From the IMG/VR virus record IMGVR_UViG_3300023179_009503, positions 1-64,000 of that record: a stretch of DNA of 64,000 nucleotides; one strand, written 5' to 3'. A program made the translations under genes and the position numbers. Every line of letters begins with the position of its first letter. Within the stretch, counting starts at the first letter, position 1. Shown in pieces: positions 38,819-48,235 of this stretch. The stretch is from a virus. Below the pieces are notes generated by a model that made no database searches, was not told the origin of the DNA, and was given only the letters and a program-made list of their open reading frames with translations.

Positions 38819-39556
38819 ATGAGAATCGCTATATCCGGAAGTGCATGTCAAGGTAAAACAACACTTGTAAAAGATATACTTAAAAATTGGCCAGTTTATA
38901 ACCGATCAAATGAATCTTACAGAAAGCTTCTTAAAAAAGAAGATATAAAAATTAATAAAGAGGTTAATAAAGACGGGCAGTGGAAAATTTTAAATTGTTT
39001 AATTGATGATATTCAACACACTGCAAAAGGTGATAAAGTAATTTTTGATAGATGCCCGCTAGATAATTTAATTTATTCTTTATGGGCAGAAGATAAAAAA
39101 AGTTCTGATATAGATAAAGAATTTATTGATAAGTGTATTCCGTTGGTACAGGAAAGCATGAAATCTATCGATATAGTTTTCTTTTTACCTATTACTAAAG
39201 TTGCTCCGGTTAAGGTTGAGGAAAAGACTAATAGAGAAATCGATACTCTTTTTATTCAAGAGATTGATAATATTTTTAAAGCAATAGAACACAATCTTAT
39301 GAGAAATGGGATATGCCCTTTTCTTTCAAAAGACGATAGACCGCCTATTATAGAAATATTTGGAAATCCAGAGCAAAGAATAGAAATGATTAAGTTTTAT
39401 CTTAACGAAAAAGGTGATCTTATTGAAGATGAAACGAGCGTTTTAGATCAAGAGAATATATCAGATATGGAAAGACTTTTAACTGCACAAAAGAGTGCAT
39501 TATTTGAGGAAAAACAAGAAGATCGTATACGCAAAAAAATCATTACAGGTAGATAA
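38819..39556 (+). CDS. P-loop nucleotide-kinase-like protein (AAA_28)
   Basis: ISGSACQGKTT; FDRCPLDNLIY; start placed at ATG 38819. Confidence 0.8.
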   Translation: MRIAISGSACQGKTTLVKDILKNWPVYNRSNESYRKLLKKEDIKINKEVNKDGQWKILNCLIDDIQHTAKGDKVIFDRCPLDNLIYSLWAEDKKSSDIDKEFIDKCIPLVQESMKSIDIVFFLPITKVAPVKVEEKTNREIDTLFIQEIDNIFKAIEHNLMRNGICPFLSKDDRPPIIEIFGNPEQRIEMIKFYLNEKGDLIEDETSVLDQENISDMERLLTAQKSALFEEKQEDRIRKKIITGR

Positions 39557-39567
39557 ATAATATTGTA

Positions 39568-39777
39568 ATGAAGTTTAACGAAAACTATGATCAAATCATG
39601 GAAGGATTTGGTTACCTAAAAACTGTTAAAAAAGAGTTTTACCCTAAAAACTTTAAGCTATCAGAAGAGTTTGTTAAAACATTTAAATCAGAATTTAAAA
39701 GACTAGTAGACGAGGGTATACATCCAAGAATAGCTTTAGCTAGAATTAATAAAGCTTTAATGTTCCACTCGCGTTAA
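39568..39777 (+). CDS. Small late protein
   Basis: TAAATA upstream; MKFNENYDQIME-G leader. Confidence 0.6.
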   Translation: MKFNENYDQIMEGFGYLKTVKKEFYPKNFKLSEEFVKTFKSEFKRLVDEGIHPRIALARINKALMFHSR

Positions 39778-40475
39778 TAAGTATAAAGAATGCGCCAAAA
39801 AATATTTGTGGCTACCGGGACATTATATCCTAAATTTACCCTAAAAGATAAATCGTTTATCGAGCTTCTATCTTGATTAATATCTGTAACGTAAGGAGCT
39901 GCTGATACACGAGAAGTTGCGGTACACAAAAAATGTAATGGTCTTAAAGACGTACTACTAAACTGGGTGTTATTTTGATAGAAGTTACTAATAATAATTA
40001 TATCAAAAGGAGTACCGGCATCAATAGTAGCAGTGCCATCATAATCAAAAACTCTCTTATATTGAGTGTTCTGCCATGCAGTTACATTGGGAATTATAGT
40101 TTGTGTTATTAAATTGTATTCAGGAGAGCCGAGAACATAAGATGCTGTTGTTACTAAACCACCATTTAAAGTAAATCTATTGTAATATGCATTTGTACCG
40201 TAATAGCCCTTTACATTATTTGCATAATAGTTAACAGCTCTTACGTCATTTGATGCTGACAAAGTTGTAAATTGCGCAGTAGCTAGACCAGAGATTGTGC
40301 CTGCAACAGTAGCATTGCCAGCAGCATCTGTCTTTACAACATTAAAGTCATTAAAAGTTATCGTACTGGTACCGCCGTCAGTTTGCACTATAAGTAAATC
40401 ATTACCAAAAACTTGTTGCGTTTGTGGTAAATTACTAATATTGACGTAGTTGCTATTAGATGTATTGATTGCCAT
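39774..40475 (-). CDS. Fibre/decoration-type virion protein
   Basis: TATAAATA-N6-ATG; ISNLP...GNDLLIV...T.TIT module; Thr/Asn-rich beta structure. Confidence 0.65.
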   Translation of the reverse strand: MAINTSNSNYVNISNLPQTQQVFGNDLLIVQTDGGTSTITFNDFNVVKTDAAGNATVAGTISGLATAQFTTLSASNDVRAVNYYANNVKGYYGTNAYYNRFTLNGGLVTTASYVLGSPEYNLITQTIIPNVTAWQNTQYKRVFDYDGTATIDAGTPFDIIIISNFYQNNTQFSSTSLRPLHFLCTATSRVSAAPYVTDINQDRSSINDLSFRVNLGYNVPVATNIFWRILYTY

Positions 40476-40507
40476 CGTTATTATTTATATTAAAATAATA
40501 AAATTAT

Positions 40508-41305
40508 ATGGGTAAAATAGGTATAGGCATAGTTACATGTAATAGACCTTCTTTCTTTCTAAAATGTTTTAGATCAATACCTGATAATTATTTAATAGCA
40601 GTTGTCAATGATGGTTCAGATTTTGAAGATATTGATAAACTTCAAAAAGAAAAGAGCTTTACCTATTTTCATAATAACGTTAATTTAGGGGTAGGTAAAT
40701 CAAAAAATATTTTATTTAGATATCTATTAGATAGTGATTGTGATCATATTTTTATAATAGAAGATGATATAATTGTAAAAGACAAAACAGTTTTCGAAAA
40801 ATATATACAAGCTAGTAAAAAAAGCGGATTACAACATTTTTTGTTCGGATATCACGGACCTGCAAATAGAGGTAACGTTTCAAAAGGTACACCTCAACCA
40901 AGATACATTATAGACTACAAAGACTGTAAAATTGCATTTAATGCAAATTGTGTTGGTGCTTTTTGCTATTATTCACGCGATTCGCTAAAAAAAGTAGGTT
41001 TAATTGATGAAGACTATATTAACGCGTTTGAGCATGTAGATCATAGCTATAGATTAGCTAAAGAAGGTTTTTGCACACCTTATTATCATTGGCCAGATTT
41101 AGCAAATAGCTATGAGCTGTTAGATGAAGTTGAATGCTCCGAAAAGAGCAGTGCAATAAGACCGAGAAATGATTGGATGGATAATATTAAAAAAGGCGCT
41201 ATACTTTTTAAAGAAAAGCATAATTATTCACCAGCATGGCAAAACGCAGTACCAGATACACCTCCGGAAAAAGTGCTTACTTTTTTAAAAAAAATTAAAC
41301 AATGA
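40508..41305 (+). CDS. GT2 glycosyltransferase
   Basis: IVTCNR; VVNDGS; NLGVGKSKN; IIEDD; FEHVD. Confidence 0.88.
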   Translation: MGKIGIGIVTCNRPSFFLKCFRSIPDNYLIAVVNDGSDFEDIDKLQKEKSFTYFHNNVNLGVGKSKNILFRYLLDSDCDHIFIIEDDIIVKDKTVFEKYIQASKKSGLQHFLFGYHGPANRGNVSKGTPQPRYIIDYKDCKIAFNANCVGAFCYYSRDSLKKVGLIDEDYINAFEHVDHSYRLAKEGFCTPYYHWPDLANSYELLDEVECSEKSSAIRPRNDWMDNIKKGAILFKEKHNYSPAWQNAVPDTPPEKVLTFLKKIKQ

Positions 41306-42036
41306 AAATTGCATTATTATTACCTACAAGAGAAAGACTTAATAATAAAATAAGCTTTATTATGTCTGCTCTTGCAAGATGCAAGGACCCTAGCAATTAT
41401 AATTTATATCTAGGGTTAGATCCGGATGATCCTACTCTAGAACGATGCAAAAAAATTGCAAAAGGATTTACCAATTTAAAAATAGTTATAATACCGCCTA
41501 ACCCTACCGGTAAATTTAGTCTAGGTTATTTTTGGAATGTTTTAGCTAATAATTGTAATGAAGAAATAATTTCTATGTTAGGAGATGATTTTGTTTTCTC
41601 TACAGATAACTGGGATGAAGAGATTTTAAATGAATTTAAAAATTGCCCTGATAAATTTAAACTCGTTTGTGGATTTGATGGGCATAGACGAGATGGTTTT
41701 GCTTCTTGGCTCTTTATTCACAGGTTTTACATGGAAAAGACAGGATACTTTATGAGAGAAGAGTTTTCACGCAATTGGATTGATCAATGGCTTGACAATA
41801 TGTACTCAGCTTTTAATAGAAAAGTTTACAGAAAAGATATAACAATAACACACAATCACTGGGTATTTGGTTCTTCCAAGTTTGATAAAGTTGCAGAAAA
41901 ATTACGTGAACATGAAGGTAAAGACAAAGAGTATTCAGATAAAATTTGGCCTGAACTATACAACGAAAGGATTAAGGAGGCAAAAATGTGGGAGCAGGTG
42001 TTAAATATAACGCCAGACCTAAGTAAAATACAATGA
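41302..42036 (+). CDS. GT-A fold glycosyltransferase
   Basis: LLPTRER; DPDD; MLGDD; NWD; D.W; HNH. Confidence 0.8.
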   Translation: MKIALLLPTRERLNNKISFIMSALARCKDPSNYNLYLGLDPDDPTLERCKKIAKGFTNLKIVIIPPNPTGKFSLGYFWNVLANNCNEEIISMLGDDFVFSTDNWDEEILNEFKNCPDKFKLVCGFDGHRRDGFASWLFIHRFYMEKTGYFMREEFSRNWIDQWLDNMYSAFNRKVYRKDITITHNHWVFGSSKFDKVAEKLREHEGKDKEYSDKIWPELYNERIKEAKMWEQVLNITPDLSKIQ

Positions 42037-42758
42037 AAAAAGTTGTTAGTTTTAGCCTTTATGGCTATGCAGATTATTACAGAAAAGGGGCTTTAAAAAA
42101 TTTAGAGCTCTGTAAAATACATTACCCGGACTGGGAAGTCTGGATGTATGTGTCACCTACTATACCTAAAGAAATAGTTACAAGCTTAAAAGAAGGCGGA
42201 GCAAAAATTTATATTGTAGAGGACGGCGATACACCGTTTTTTATGAACTATAGATATTTTCCTGCTTCCGATGAATCGGTAGATTATGCTATTTTTAGAG
42301 ACACGGATTCACGTATTGATGAAAGAGAGGCAGCTGCTGTAAATGAATGGATTAATAGTGGTAAGAGCCTTCATATTATGAGAGATCATCCATGGCATGG
42401 TCCTGCACCGCTTCATCATATGATGCTAGGTGGTATGTGGGGTGTAAAATGCGATAAACTACGCGACGCAAAAGATATTATTCTCGCAAATAAAATTCCC
42501 TGTAATCATGGATATGATCAATATCTTATTACCAAATATTTTTATCCCAAATTTACGGAAGATTATATTGCGCATGATGAATTTTTTGAAAAAACAAAAT
42601 GGCCTCTACCACGTGTAAAGCGGTTTATACGGGCATTTAATAGAGAGATGTATCTATTTACTGGATGTCAGTACGACTGGGATGATCAGCCTCTTCACCC
42701 TGAACATTTAGCAATGGTTGAAGATTATTTAAAACAGAATAATTTATTACCAGAATGA
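42033..42758 (+). CDS. Glycosyltransferase-like protein
   Basis: SFSLYG; YPDW; RDTDSR (DxD); HIMRDHPWH; GGMWG; DQ. Confidence 0.7.
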   Translation: MKKVVSFSLYGYADYYRKGALKNLELCKIHYPDWEVWMYVSPTIPKEIVTSLKEGGAKIYIVEDGDTPFFMNYRYFPASDESVDYAIFRDTDSRIDEREAAAVNEWINSGKSLHIMRDHPWHGPAPLHHMMLGGMWGVKCDKLRDAKDIILANKIPCNHGYDQYLITKYFYPKFTEDYIAHDEFFEKTKWPLPRVKRFIRAFNREMYLFTGCQYDWDDQPLHPEHLAMVEDYLKQNNLLPE

Positions 42759-43627
42759 ATTTTCTTTTTATTCAAGAAGCCGGGAGGCATGAAGCTAATA
42801 AACATTTTAGAGAAAGCCTATGCTTAAAAAACTCTATTAATAGAATTCAAGGTCATTCTGCAGAAGTTTGGGGAATGAACTACCCAAAGTTTAATGAATT
42901 TGAGGAGTTAGAAAAATGGGCTGATGTTATTTTTATACTAGAGAATTATACACCCGATTGGCTTCCATTAGATAAAATTAGTAAAAGTAATAAGCTTAAA
43001 ATTTATTGGAGTATAGATAGTCATTGCGTACTGCCTATGCATATTGATGTATGTAAAAAATTAAAGCCCGATATACATTTAAATTCTACAGAATATTATC
43101 TGCAATATTTTAATGATTTTTCAAAATATACATATTGGTTTCCTAACGCTTATCCTAGCGATTTAATTAAACCTATTAACAATGTAGATAAGAAATATGA
43201 CTTCGGATTTTGTGGCAGCCTTCACAATGAAAGAAGGGACATTATGAATGCATTAGCTGAGTTTAACCCTAAGGTAGATAATTTTGTTATAGGTGATGAT
43301 ATGGTCAAAGCAATTAACTCCTATAAAATTCATTTTAATAGAAATTTAGGTAATGACATAAATTATAGAACTTTTGAAACTTTAGGTTGTAAAACTTTTT
43401 TAATAACCAATCACACACCAGGGCTAGAAAAATTATTTGATATTGGTAAGGATTTAGTTACATGGGACAATATGAATGATTTGAAAGAAAAAATACGGTA
43501 CTACCTTGACAACCCTAAATCGAGAGAAGAGATTGAAAATAAAGGATATGAAACAGTACTTAAAAAGCATACATATGATTCAAGAGCAAAGTACTTATTA
43601 AGAATAATTTCTGGAATTAGCAAGTAA
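42755..43627 (+). CDS. GT-B glycosyltransferase (CgeB / Glyco_trans_1_2-like)
   Basis: FCGS; INYRTFETLGC; KIRYYL; HTYDSR. Confidence 0.85.
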   Translation: MNFLFIQEAGRHEANKHFRESLCLKNSINRIQGHSAEVWGMNYPKFNEFEELEKWADVIFILENYTPDWLPLDKISKSNKLKIYWSIDSHCVLPMHIDVCKKLKPDIHLNSTEYYLQYFNDFSKYTYWFPNAYPSDLIKPINNVDKKYDFGFCGSLHNERRDIMNALAEFNPKVDNFVIGDDMVKAINSYKIHFNRNLGNDINYRTFETLGCKTFLITNHTPGLEKLFDIGKDLVTWDNMNDLKEKIRYYLDNPKSREEIENKGYETVLKKHTYDSRAKYLLRIISGISK

Positions 43628-43645
43628 TTATATTATAATTAAAGC

Positions 43646-44236
43646 ATGATTTTAAAGGATATTAAAGTATACGACGGTAGTTTATTACACTCAAGATTTG
43701 CATATAGGTTTTTTAAAGAACGTACTCTACCGATTGGCAATGTTATTGCATTTAGAGCACCTATGAAGGTAGAGGCTGCTGGTATGATTGACAGTGAAGA
43801 TATTATTAATAATGATTTCATTTATAGTGATGATGCTATTAATTTTCTTTGGGAGATACCTAATTTAGATTCTTTTGGTGCAGTTGCTTGGCAGAGGCTT
43901 TTTAATACCCAGATTGCAAATATTTTAAGTACAAAATACTTAAAAGCGCCTATTGAAGTTGATGGAGACGATCTAATTGTTCATAAAGAACATAGCCAAG
44001 GTGGAGTTACGCAAACTAAAGGGAAATGTTCTGTTAGTATTACATATGTAAATAATAACATAGCTTTAGGCCATACCGGTATTAATATTGTAGCGGGTAA
44101 AAAAGCGCCGGCATTTGCTTATTCTACTAATCTCACAAATGAACAAGCTGATGAATTTATGAAAGATATTATTGGGCTTTTTTATACTATGAACGATGAT
44201 ATTTTTATTGCTACGTCAAAAGTTATTTGTAAATGA
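43646..44236 (+). CDS. DUF366-like protein (biotin/lipoate ligase-like fold)
   Basis: YDGSLL; FRAPMKV; DSED; QRL; GDDL; KCSVSI; HTGINI. Confidence 0.7.
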   Translation: MILKDIKVYDGSLLHSRFAYRFFKERTLPIGNVIAFRAPMKVEAAGMIDSEDIINNDFIYSDDAINFLWEIPNLDSFGAVAWQRLFNTQIANILSTKYLKAPIEVDGDDLIVHKEHSQGGVTQTKGKCSVSITYVNNNIALGHTGINIVAGKKAPAFAYSTNLTNEQADEFMKDIIGLFYTMNDDIFIATSKVICK

Positions 44237-44610
44237 CAATATTTGATCATATATCAAGTATTCTTTTCTTAAAAAAGAAAATAGTTTCAAATGTTGAAGA
44301 AGAAAGCGAATTTTCACCTTATTTAGTCAATAGATGGGCAAGCATGTATTCACCTTCAGTAGCTAGTGTCAGTAATGTAGTTAATAAATACCTTCAAGTC
44401 TTTAATAATAAAAAAGATCTGTTTAATCTTTTTTTAGCAGTTTTTCCAAAAGTTCAAAGTAAAAAAATAACTTACTTTAAAAGGCGTAAAGATGATGAAA
44501 CTGACGAAATTGAAAATTTAGAGTTAATAGCAAAATACAGAGAAATAAGCAAGAGAGAAGTTTTAGATAATATTCAAACATTGAAAATGCTCAATACACA
44601 ATTAAATTAA
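44233..44610 (+). CDS. gp62: Clamp-loader small subunit, gp62-like
   Basis: FSPYLVNRWASM; ELIAKY..ISKRE. Confidence 0.7.
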   Translation: MTIFDHISSILFLKKKIVSNVEEESEFSPYLVNRWASMYSPSVASVSNVVNKYLQVFNNKKDLFNLFLAVFPKVQSKKITYFKRRKDDETDEIENLELIAKYREISKREVLDNIQTLKMLNTQLN

Positions 44611-44613
44611 CAT

Positions 44614-45075
44614 ATGCCATTAGACATTGATACGCTGCCTACGCAAAAGAGTTTAATCGATTTATCAGAACTACCTAAAAATTCATTTAACTCAGTATTC
44701 TTTGGTTACAATCTTAAAACAGTTCTTGATGATGTGTTGTTAGTAAAATACGTTGACGAGACAGAAGATGGATCTTCGATAGTAAGAAACGGTATTGTAG
44801 TTCCTATTAATGCTGATACACGCGCTTGGAGAATTGGTGAAGTTATACTTTGCGGTCCAACAGCTAAACATGTAAATAAAGGTGATTACGTTTGTTTTCC
44901 CAACAATCTAGGCGTACCGGTAGCTAATCTTGATATCGATGGATACGGTACCCTTAAGAAAGGTTTATTTTTAAACGAGCAACGTATTTTCGGTATTTGT
45001 TCATTAAGAAAAGATGATGAAAGCGTCGCTAGCCACATTAAAAAAACTTCTTCTAAACAACGTGGCAGAAATTAA
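44614..45075 (+). CDS. GroES-like co-chaperonin
   Basis: LDDVLLV; GIVVP; GEVILCGP; VNKGDYV; LNEQRIFG. Confidence 0.8.
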   Translation: MPLDIDTLPTQKSLIDLSELPKNSFNSVFFGYNLKTVLDDVLLVKYVDETEDGSSIVRNGIVVPINADTRAWRIGEVILCGPTAKHVNKGDYVCFPNNLGVPVANLDIDGYGTLKKGLFLNEQRIFGICSLRKDDESVASHIKKTSSKQRGRN

Positions 45076-45391
45076 ATTTCTAAGGAAGAGACCACGGCCT
45101 GGCCTTCCTCCCACGCGTAGAATGCTATGTACCAATTCGCTTCCTCTGCTCAACAGCCCTGAAGGGAGAATAGCTTTAAATTATAGAAGAGCTATTAATA
45201 GAGTAAAATATGACCCAGATTCAAAAAATATTTTAATTACTTGGGACATACTTATGCAAGATTATAGGTGTATTAATATGGCAGCATGCGATCTTGTAAG
45301 TGTTATTCCAGTGCAGCAATTTTGGAAGTTTTTTAATGAAAAGCTGGCTCTTATGCCAGCTAACGAAAAAACGAGATTTATGAACTCATGA
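45014..45391 (+). CDS. WYL/SH3-like protein (DUF2693-type)
   Basis: EIKF.RK...RRMLCT...WDI...DYRCI. Confidence 0.55.
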   Translation: MMKASLATLKKLLLNNVAEIKFLRKRPRPGLPPTRRMLCTNSLPLLNSPEGRIALNYRRAINRVKYDPDSKNILITWDILMQDYRCINMAACDLVSVIPVQQFWKFFNEKLALMPANEKTRFMNS

Positions 45392-45735
45392 CATCGCCAT
45401 TAGAAATAGAAAAGGCTATTAGCGATCATCTTCAGAAAACTGTACAGTTTTCTATTGAAACAAAAATACTTAAAAAAGGTAAATTAATATTATTTTGTAT
45501 AAAAGATTTCTTTTGTGTATTTACATTATTATGTGAAGAAAAAAAGAATAAAAGAATTATTTACGAAATACCTTACCCCTTTGATTTACAGGTAATGAAC
45601 GATAAGCTTATTTTTGATTATACTTTAAATACATTTTGCAGAGTTAATAAAGAGTTATCAAAAGCTATAAGCTTATTGCCTATAAAAAAACCTGCTAAAA
45701 TTTTTAATAAAAAAATTACTATTACACCGCTTTAA
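45388..45735 (+). CDS. Hypothetical protein
   Basis: ATGA-coupled ORF. Confidence 0.55.
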   Translation: MTSPLEIEKAISDHLQKTVQFSIETKILKKGKLILFCIKDFFCVFTLLCEEKKNKRIIYEIPYPFDLQVMNDKLIFDYTLNTFCRVNKELSKAISLLPIKKPAKIFNKKITITPL

Positions 45736-45765
45736 TTTTGCAAAATAGATATTATAATATAAGTT

Positions 45766-47397
45766 GTGTTTAGCAGATATTTACTACATTTTCCTAAAGA
45801 GTATAATCCGAGCTCACAGCAAGTTAAACTTATTAAAGGTGTGGAAAAAGCTTTTAATAATGGCAAGAAATTTGTAATTTGTTGTGCACCGACAGGGACA
45901 GGAAAGAGCTTTTTAGCTAAAACGTTATCTGGATTAAGTTCAGCCCCTACTGATAGATTCAAACATAACATTACCACATACTCTGCATATAAACAAGATT
46001 TTGCGGGTAATTATATTAACGAGGTCGATTGCCTGTCACAGCCACCTTTTGGTACATTTGCATTAACTATAACTAAATCATTACAAGATCAATATTTAAA
46101 TTTATTTCCGGATACAGATATCTTAAAAGGTAAAACAAACTATCTCTGTGACATCGATAATAATTTTGATGTAGAGACTGCTCCATGTGTACTTGTGTCA
46201 AAAATTAAAGATGAATGCTGGGAGAAAAATAGATGTCCATATTATAATGCTAGAAATAGCGCACTATTATCGAAGTTTGCAGTTTTAAACTATAAGATGT
46301 TTATGACATTGCCAAGTCATGTTAAGAGAAAAAACTTTATAATATGCGATGAGGCTTCAGAGTTAGAAGATGAATTGATAAAAAGATTCTCTGCAGAAAT
46401 TACATATGATAAATTACGCAGCTACGGGGTAGAGTGTAGAACGTTAATAACTGATGATCGTAGTAAAATTCGTGCATGGATGTATGATTTATTGTTTAAT
46501 ATAAGCGAGCAAATAAATGTATTAATTAATCGCGCTAATAAAAAACATAGAACATTATCACAGCCAGAAAAAATAAAAATGCAATACCTCAAGACTGTGC
46601 ATAATTCACTTACAACAGTTGACGGGCTTTGGCGCGATGTTGAATATATTATTGACAAAGACACTAAAAAAGTTACATTAACGCCTCTCAAAGCTGACAA
46701 ATTAACAAAATTTATTTTTGACTATGCAGATAATGTTTTACTAATGTCGGCTACAATTATTGATCATAAAAATTTTGCAAAAACTTTAGGTATTAAAGAC
46801 TATGAGTATGTAGAGGTAGATAGTGATTTTGATCCCCAGAAATCACCAATTTACGTTTCATCAAAACATAAGTTAAATTATAAAAATCTTACCAATATAT
46901 TACCACAGATTTGTGAACAAATAAAAGTTATAACAGAGCATCATAAGACAGAAAAAGGTATTATACATACTCATTCGAATGAAATAACAAAATTTATAAA
47001 AACAAAGTTAGCAAATAATTCAAGATTTTTGTTTAGAGATGAAATCTCGAATAACGAAGATATATTAAAAGAGCACTATGATACTACGCAGCCCAGCGTT
47101 TTAGTATCTCCTTCGCTAGCTTTCGGTGTAGATCTTAAAGATCATCTTGCAAGATTTCAAATATTAGTAAAAATGCCTTATCCATCTCTTTCCTGTAAGC
47201 GTATTAAAAAAATGTTTGAAACAGACAAAAACTGGTATGAGAATAAAATGTTAAATGCGCTAGTACAAGCATGTGGACGTGCTACACGTAGTAAAAATGA
47301 TTTTTCAACTACATATATACTTGATGGTAATGCTGTTAACGTTTTAAAAAGAACAAAAGATAAGTTACCAAAAACCTTTATTGACCGTATTTGTTAA
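45766..47397 (+). CDS. DinG/Rad3-like SF2 helicase
   Basis: APTGTGKS; LQDQY; KGKTNYLC...CPYY; DEA; MSAT; GVD; QACGRATR. Confidence 0.88.
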   Translation: MFSRYLLHFPKEYNPSSQQVKLIKGVEKAFNNGKKFVICCAPTGTGKSFLAKTLSGLSSAPTDRFKHNITTYSAYKQDFAGNYINEVDCLSQPPFGTFALTITKSLQDQYLNLFPDTDILKGKTNYLCDIDNNFDVETAPCVLVSKIKDECWEKNRCPYYNARNSALLSKFAVLNYKMFMTLPSHVKRKNFIICDEASELEDELIKRFSAEITYDKLRSYGVECRTLITDDRSKIRAWMYDLLFNISEQINVLINRANKKHRTLSQPEKIKMQYLKTVHNSLTTVDGLWRDVEYIIDKDTKKVTLTPLKADKLTKFIFDYADNVLLMSATIIDHKNFAKTLGIKDYEYVEVDSDFDPQKSPIYVSSKHKLNYKNLTNILPQICEQIKVITEHHKTEKGIIHTHSNEITKFIKTKLANNSRFLFRDEISNNEDILKEHYDTTQPSVLVSPSLAFGVDLKDHLARFQILVKMPYPSLSCKRIKKMFETDKNWYENKMLNALVQACGRATRSKNDFSTTYILDGNAVNVLKRTKDKLPKTFIDRIC

Positions 47398-47408
47398 TAA
47401 ATAATAGT

Positions 47409-48221
47409 GTGAAGAACCAAACGTTTCACTTTGAAATTAAAGATGTTCTAACGCAATTTGTTGCTGCGTTTGATAACATTATTATACGACGGTTTGATAA
47501 GAATAGAGAACCGCAAAACAGAGTACAAGTTAGATATGTTTATGCTCCAAAGCAAAGAGTTATTTACGATCTTGTAAATAAAGCTCAAAACTTAACAGTA
47601 CCATGTGTTGCAGTTAATATCACTTCTGTTAGTAGAGATGAAAATAGAGTCTTTAATAAAAATAACGGTTTTTATATTACTCGCGGTGGTAAAGAAAATA
47701 ATTACAAATTAACTTCTGATTACTACCGTACGCCTGTACCAGTTAACATTTCTATCTCTATGTCTATCTTAACAAAATTTCAAACTGACATGGATCAGAT
47801 TATTTCAAACTTTGTACCATATACTAACCCTTACATTATTATTTCATGGAAAGTACCTGAAGATTTAGCTACAGGATTATTTTCTCCCAAACAAGAAATA
47901 AGAAGCGAAGTATTATGGGATGGTAATATAGCTTTAAGCTATCCAACAGATATAAGCGCTAACGAAAAATATAGAATTGTAGGCGACACCACTTTTGTAA
48001 TTAAAGGATGGTTATTTCCATATGTTCAAAATCCTTATGGCAATATCTATTATATAGATGCAAACTTTAGATCATCATCAATAATCACTACGTACGACTC
48101 GCTTTCGGACAACACATATTCTTGGCCTGTTAGTACAGGGCTTATTAATGAGATTGAAACAATATCTCTATCTGGCAATCCTCTAATAACAAATGTAGAT
48201 TATACTAATTATAGTCCTTAA
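47409..48221 (+). CDS. gp15: Tail terminator/sheath stabiliser
   Basis: FVAAFDNI.I.R; YAPKQR; PVPVNI; DMDQII; start at GTG 47409 after TAAATA-N5. Confidence 0.85.
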   Translation: MKNQTFHFEIKDVLTQFVAAFDNIIIRRFDKNREPQNRVQVRYVYAPKQRVIYDLVNKAQNLTVPCVAVNITSVSRDENRVFNKNNGFYITRGGKENNYKLTSDYYRTPVPVNISISMSILTKFQTDMDQIISNFVPYTNPYIIISWKVPEDLATGLFSPKQEIRSEVLWDGNIALSYPTDISANEKYRIVGDTTFVIKGWLFPYVQNPYGNIYYIDANFRSSSIITTYDSLSDNTYSWPVSTGLINEIETISLSGNPLITNVDYTNYSP

Positions 48222-48235
48222 ATAATTAATACTTT

